A stretch of DNA of 63,977 nt, counting the filler, from Octopus bimaculoides (taxonomy: Eukaryota), in assembly GCF_001194135.2 (NCBI RefSeq). It is 7 parts of 7 records of this genome, joined end to end, with 100 filler letters (N's around TTAATTAATTAA, not from the genome) between each part and the next. Parts side by side here need not be neighbours in the genome. Positions count along the whole stretch, not along the records: positions 59,875 to 62,570 come from NC_068986.1; positions 62,671 to 63,977 come from NW_026299537.1; 5 more parts are not named here. The stretch is one strand, 5' to 3'. Within the stretch, counting starts at the first letter, position 1. Each line of letters opens with the position of its first letter. The translations under genes were made by a program, and so were the position numbers. The notes beneath the pieces were generated by a model. The model worked only from the letters and a program-made list of their open reading frames with translations, did not search any database and was not told the DNA's origin. This document shows positions 61,965 through 63,977 of the stretch, piece by piece.

Positions 61965-62270
61965 AAGAGCACTCCGTCGATTTCGATGACGAGCGTCCCA
62001 GCTGATACGATCAACAGAAAAGCCTGCTCGTGATTCTAGCGCACAAATGGTTGAGCACTCCACGGACACATATGCCCTAAACATACTTCTCAAAGAGATT
62101 CAGCCTAACACAGAGTGTGACAAGGCCGGCCATTTGAAATACAGGTACTACTAATTTTTACCATTTGATTGGACTGGAGCAACGTAAAATAAAGTGTTTT
62201 GCTCTCAAGAACAAAACGCGTCACCGAGATTTGAACTCACCACTGAATATCCCAACCCCTAAGCAACGCG
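61965..62270 (-). mobile_element. SINE family D copy
   Basis: Reverse complement colinear with 13228-13530. Confidence 0.8.
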
Positions 62271-62519
62271 CCTTTACTCATAAATACCCACGCATAAATA
62301 CACGCAGAGACAGAGACAGGCATGAACTTCGCACACAGAGTCACGTACATACCCTACATACATATACACACTCACATACTTACTCCAACTACATATATAT
62401 ACGTATATATCATACGCAAAATGAAATATTTCATAATGATAAAATATGGCATAAATGCGACGCGTTTATGAAATTCTGGGATGGCTATTGATTTGTACAT
62501 GCATACACACACACACACG

Positions 62520-62569
<50 letters not shown>

Positions 62570-62570
62570 T

Positions 62571-62670
62571 NNNNNNNNNNNNNNNNNNNNNNNNNNNNNN
62601 NNNNNNNNNNNNNNTTAATTAATTAANNNNNNNNNNNNNNNNNNNNNNNNNNNNNNNNNNNNNNNNNNNN
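62571..62670. other. Synthetic contig linker
   Basis: 44N-TTAATTAATTAA-44N. Confidence 0.97.
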
Positions 62671-62675
62671 TAGGT

Positions 62676-62795
62676 GTCTTCAAGACAAGGCTGGACCTCT
62701 TCCTGTCAGGTGTCCCAGATTAACCAACTTCACAGCAGGAGGCACAGATGAGAGCAGCTGCATCAAACTCTCTCATGCACCAAATGTCAATTCCT
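62676..62795 (+). mobile_element. CR1/L2-group-like LINE C-terminal relic
   Basis: VFKTRLDLFLSGVPD*PTSQQEAQMRAAASNSLMHQ fits the FKxxLDxFLxxVPDxP...RAAxSNSL ending recalled from invertebrate LINEs. Confidence 0.65.
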
Positions 62796-62904
62796 GAAGT
62801 AAAATTCGTGAAGTAAAATTGTGTAGCAACACAAAATGGCGGTGCCCCAGCATGGCCACAGCTCATGAGCTGAAACTGGATAAAATGAATGAAAATGAAA
62901 TGAA

Positions 62905-62958
<54 letters not shown>

Positions 62959-63129
62959 ATATATATATATATATAAATATATATACATATATATATACAT
63001 ATATATATTTATATATGTATATATATATATGTATATTTATATAAAATAAATAATATATAAATATATGCATATATCCATACATATATGTACATACCTACAT
63101 ATATATGTATATATATATATAAATGCATA

Positions 63130-63445
63130 TATGGGTACAGGACATCAAAAAACGTTAAACATAATGAGAAATGAAAACAAAGAAAACGAACATTTTTTCA
63201 AACAACGACAAAAACAAACAAAGGAACGAGACATGCAACATAAAGAATATTCCCCTTCATCAGTTGTCCCTGTTCCATCTACTCTGAGTTTCAAAGGTAA
63301 GGACAATACACGACTTCGTTGAAACAGTCCTTCCCACAAAGCAAATTAAATAAAATTTGGGTTTTTTGCGGAGAGCGAAAGTGTTAACAAGAACAGGACA
63401 GTGAGAACAAGACAGTAAAAACAAACGGTGAGGGCTGTTGAGCCA
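63130..63445. mobile_element. Unclassified repeat, possibly a Penelope-type terminal region, in (TA)n
   Basis: A-rich unit between TA runs; contains scattered hammerhead-core words on the minus strand. Confidence 0.35.
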
Positions 63446-63454
63446 TATATGTAT

Positions 63455-63665
63455 ATATATCTGTGTGTGTGTCTTTGTTTGTCCACCCATTACTACTTGA
63501 CAACCTGTGCTGCTGTGTTTACATCCCCGTAGTTTAGCGGTTCGGCAAATGAGACCGATAGAATAAGTGTCAGGCTTATAAAATAAGTTCTAGGGTCGAT
63601 TCATTCGGCTAAAAATTTAAGGCAGTGCCCCAGCATGGTCTCAGTCTAATGACTGAAACAGATAA

Positions 63666-63670
<5 letters not shown>
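63455..63670 (+). mobile_element. SINE family B, 3' half
   Basis: Aligns to 26210-26420. Confidence 0.88.
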
Positions 63671-63689
<19 letters not shown>

Positions 63690-63708
<19 letters not shown>

Positions 63709-63977
63709 ATGAGAAGGTGTCTGTCTGTGTGTCTGTGTGAATCCCTACAACTTGAGAACTACACAGCCAATTTCATTCAAATTTTACGCATGCCTTACTT
63801 AGGGTCCATGTAGTGTCATAGGCCCAAAAAATTTATAACTTCTTGCCTAGTGCGAGTCCAGAGCAATATCATATCTTCTTCACTATTTCAGCATTACGTG
63901 TCAAAAGTGAAGCAATAACATCTCTAATGTTATGTCAGATATTTTCACTTTAATAGTTTCACTTTAATACTGAAACT
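63690..63977 (+). mobile_element. Helitron/Helentron-like non-autonomous element, 5' part
   Basis: tatatataaagatg followed by gtctgtctgtgtgtctgt and ccaatttcattcaaatttt, the layout typical of DINE/HINE-like elements; runs off the window. Confidence 0.5.

Noticed and set aside
63247-63296. Permuted hammerhead on the minus strand (CCUUU-GAAACUCAGAGUA...CUGAUGA-AGGGG)
   Set aside because: Stems II and III are plausible, but the segment required for stem I does not pair.

Overview
Repeat-saturated, AT-rich eukaryotic DNA with no convincing host protein-coding gene. The SINE families and extreme microsatellite density look like an Octopus genome; this is recalled similarity, not a database result. 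All long ORFs in the supplied track come from microsatellites, N gaps or transposon relics. Six synthetic 100-bp linkers (44N-TTAATTAATTAA-44N) split the window into seven pieces that may not be contiguous. Content: many tRNA-derived SINEs in several modular families (my labels A-H), a full-length decayed mariner, other Tc1/mariner/Tigger relics and MITEs, a hAT-Charlie MITE, RTE, R4/Dong-like and CR1-like LINE fragments, Penelope pieces, a collapsed LTR element and a Helitron-like end. The most interesting signals are RNA-level: a minimal hammerhead-like ribozyme with a compensatory G3:C8 core swap (46577-46627), a repeat family with a CUGUNGA hammerhead variant (32230, 58129, 56839), and a structured RTE 5'UTR motif with a compensatory pair change. 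Repeat boundaries are approximate and read by eye.
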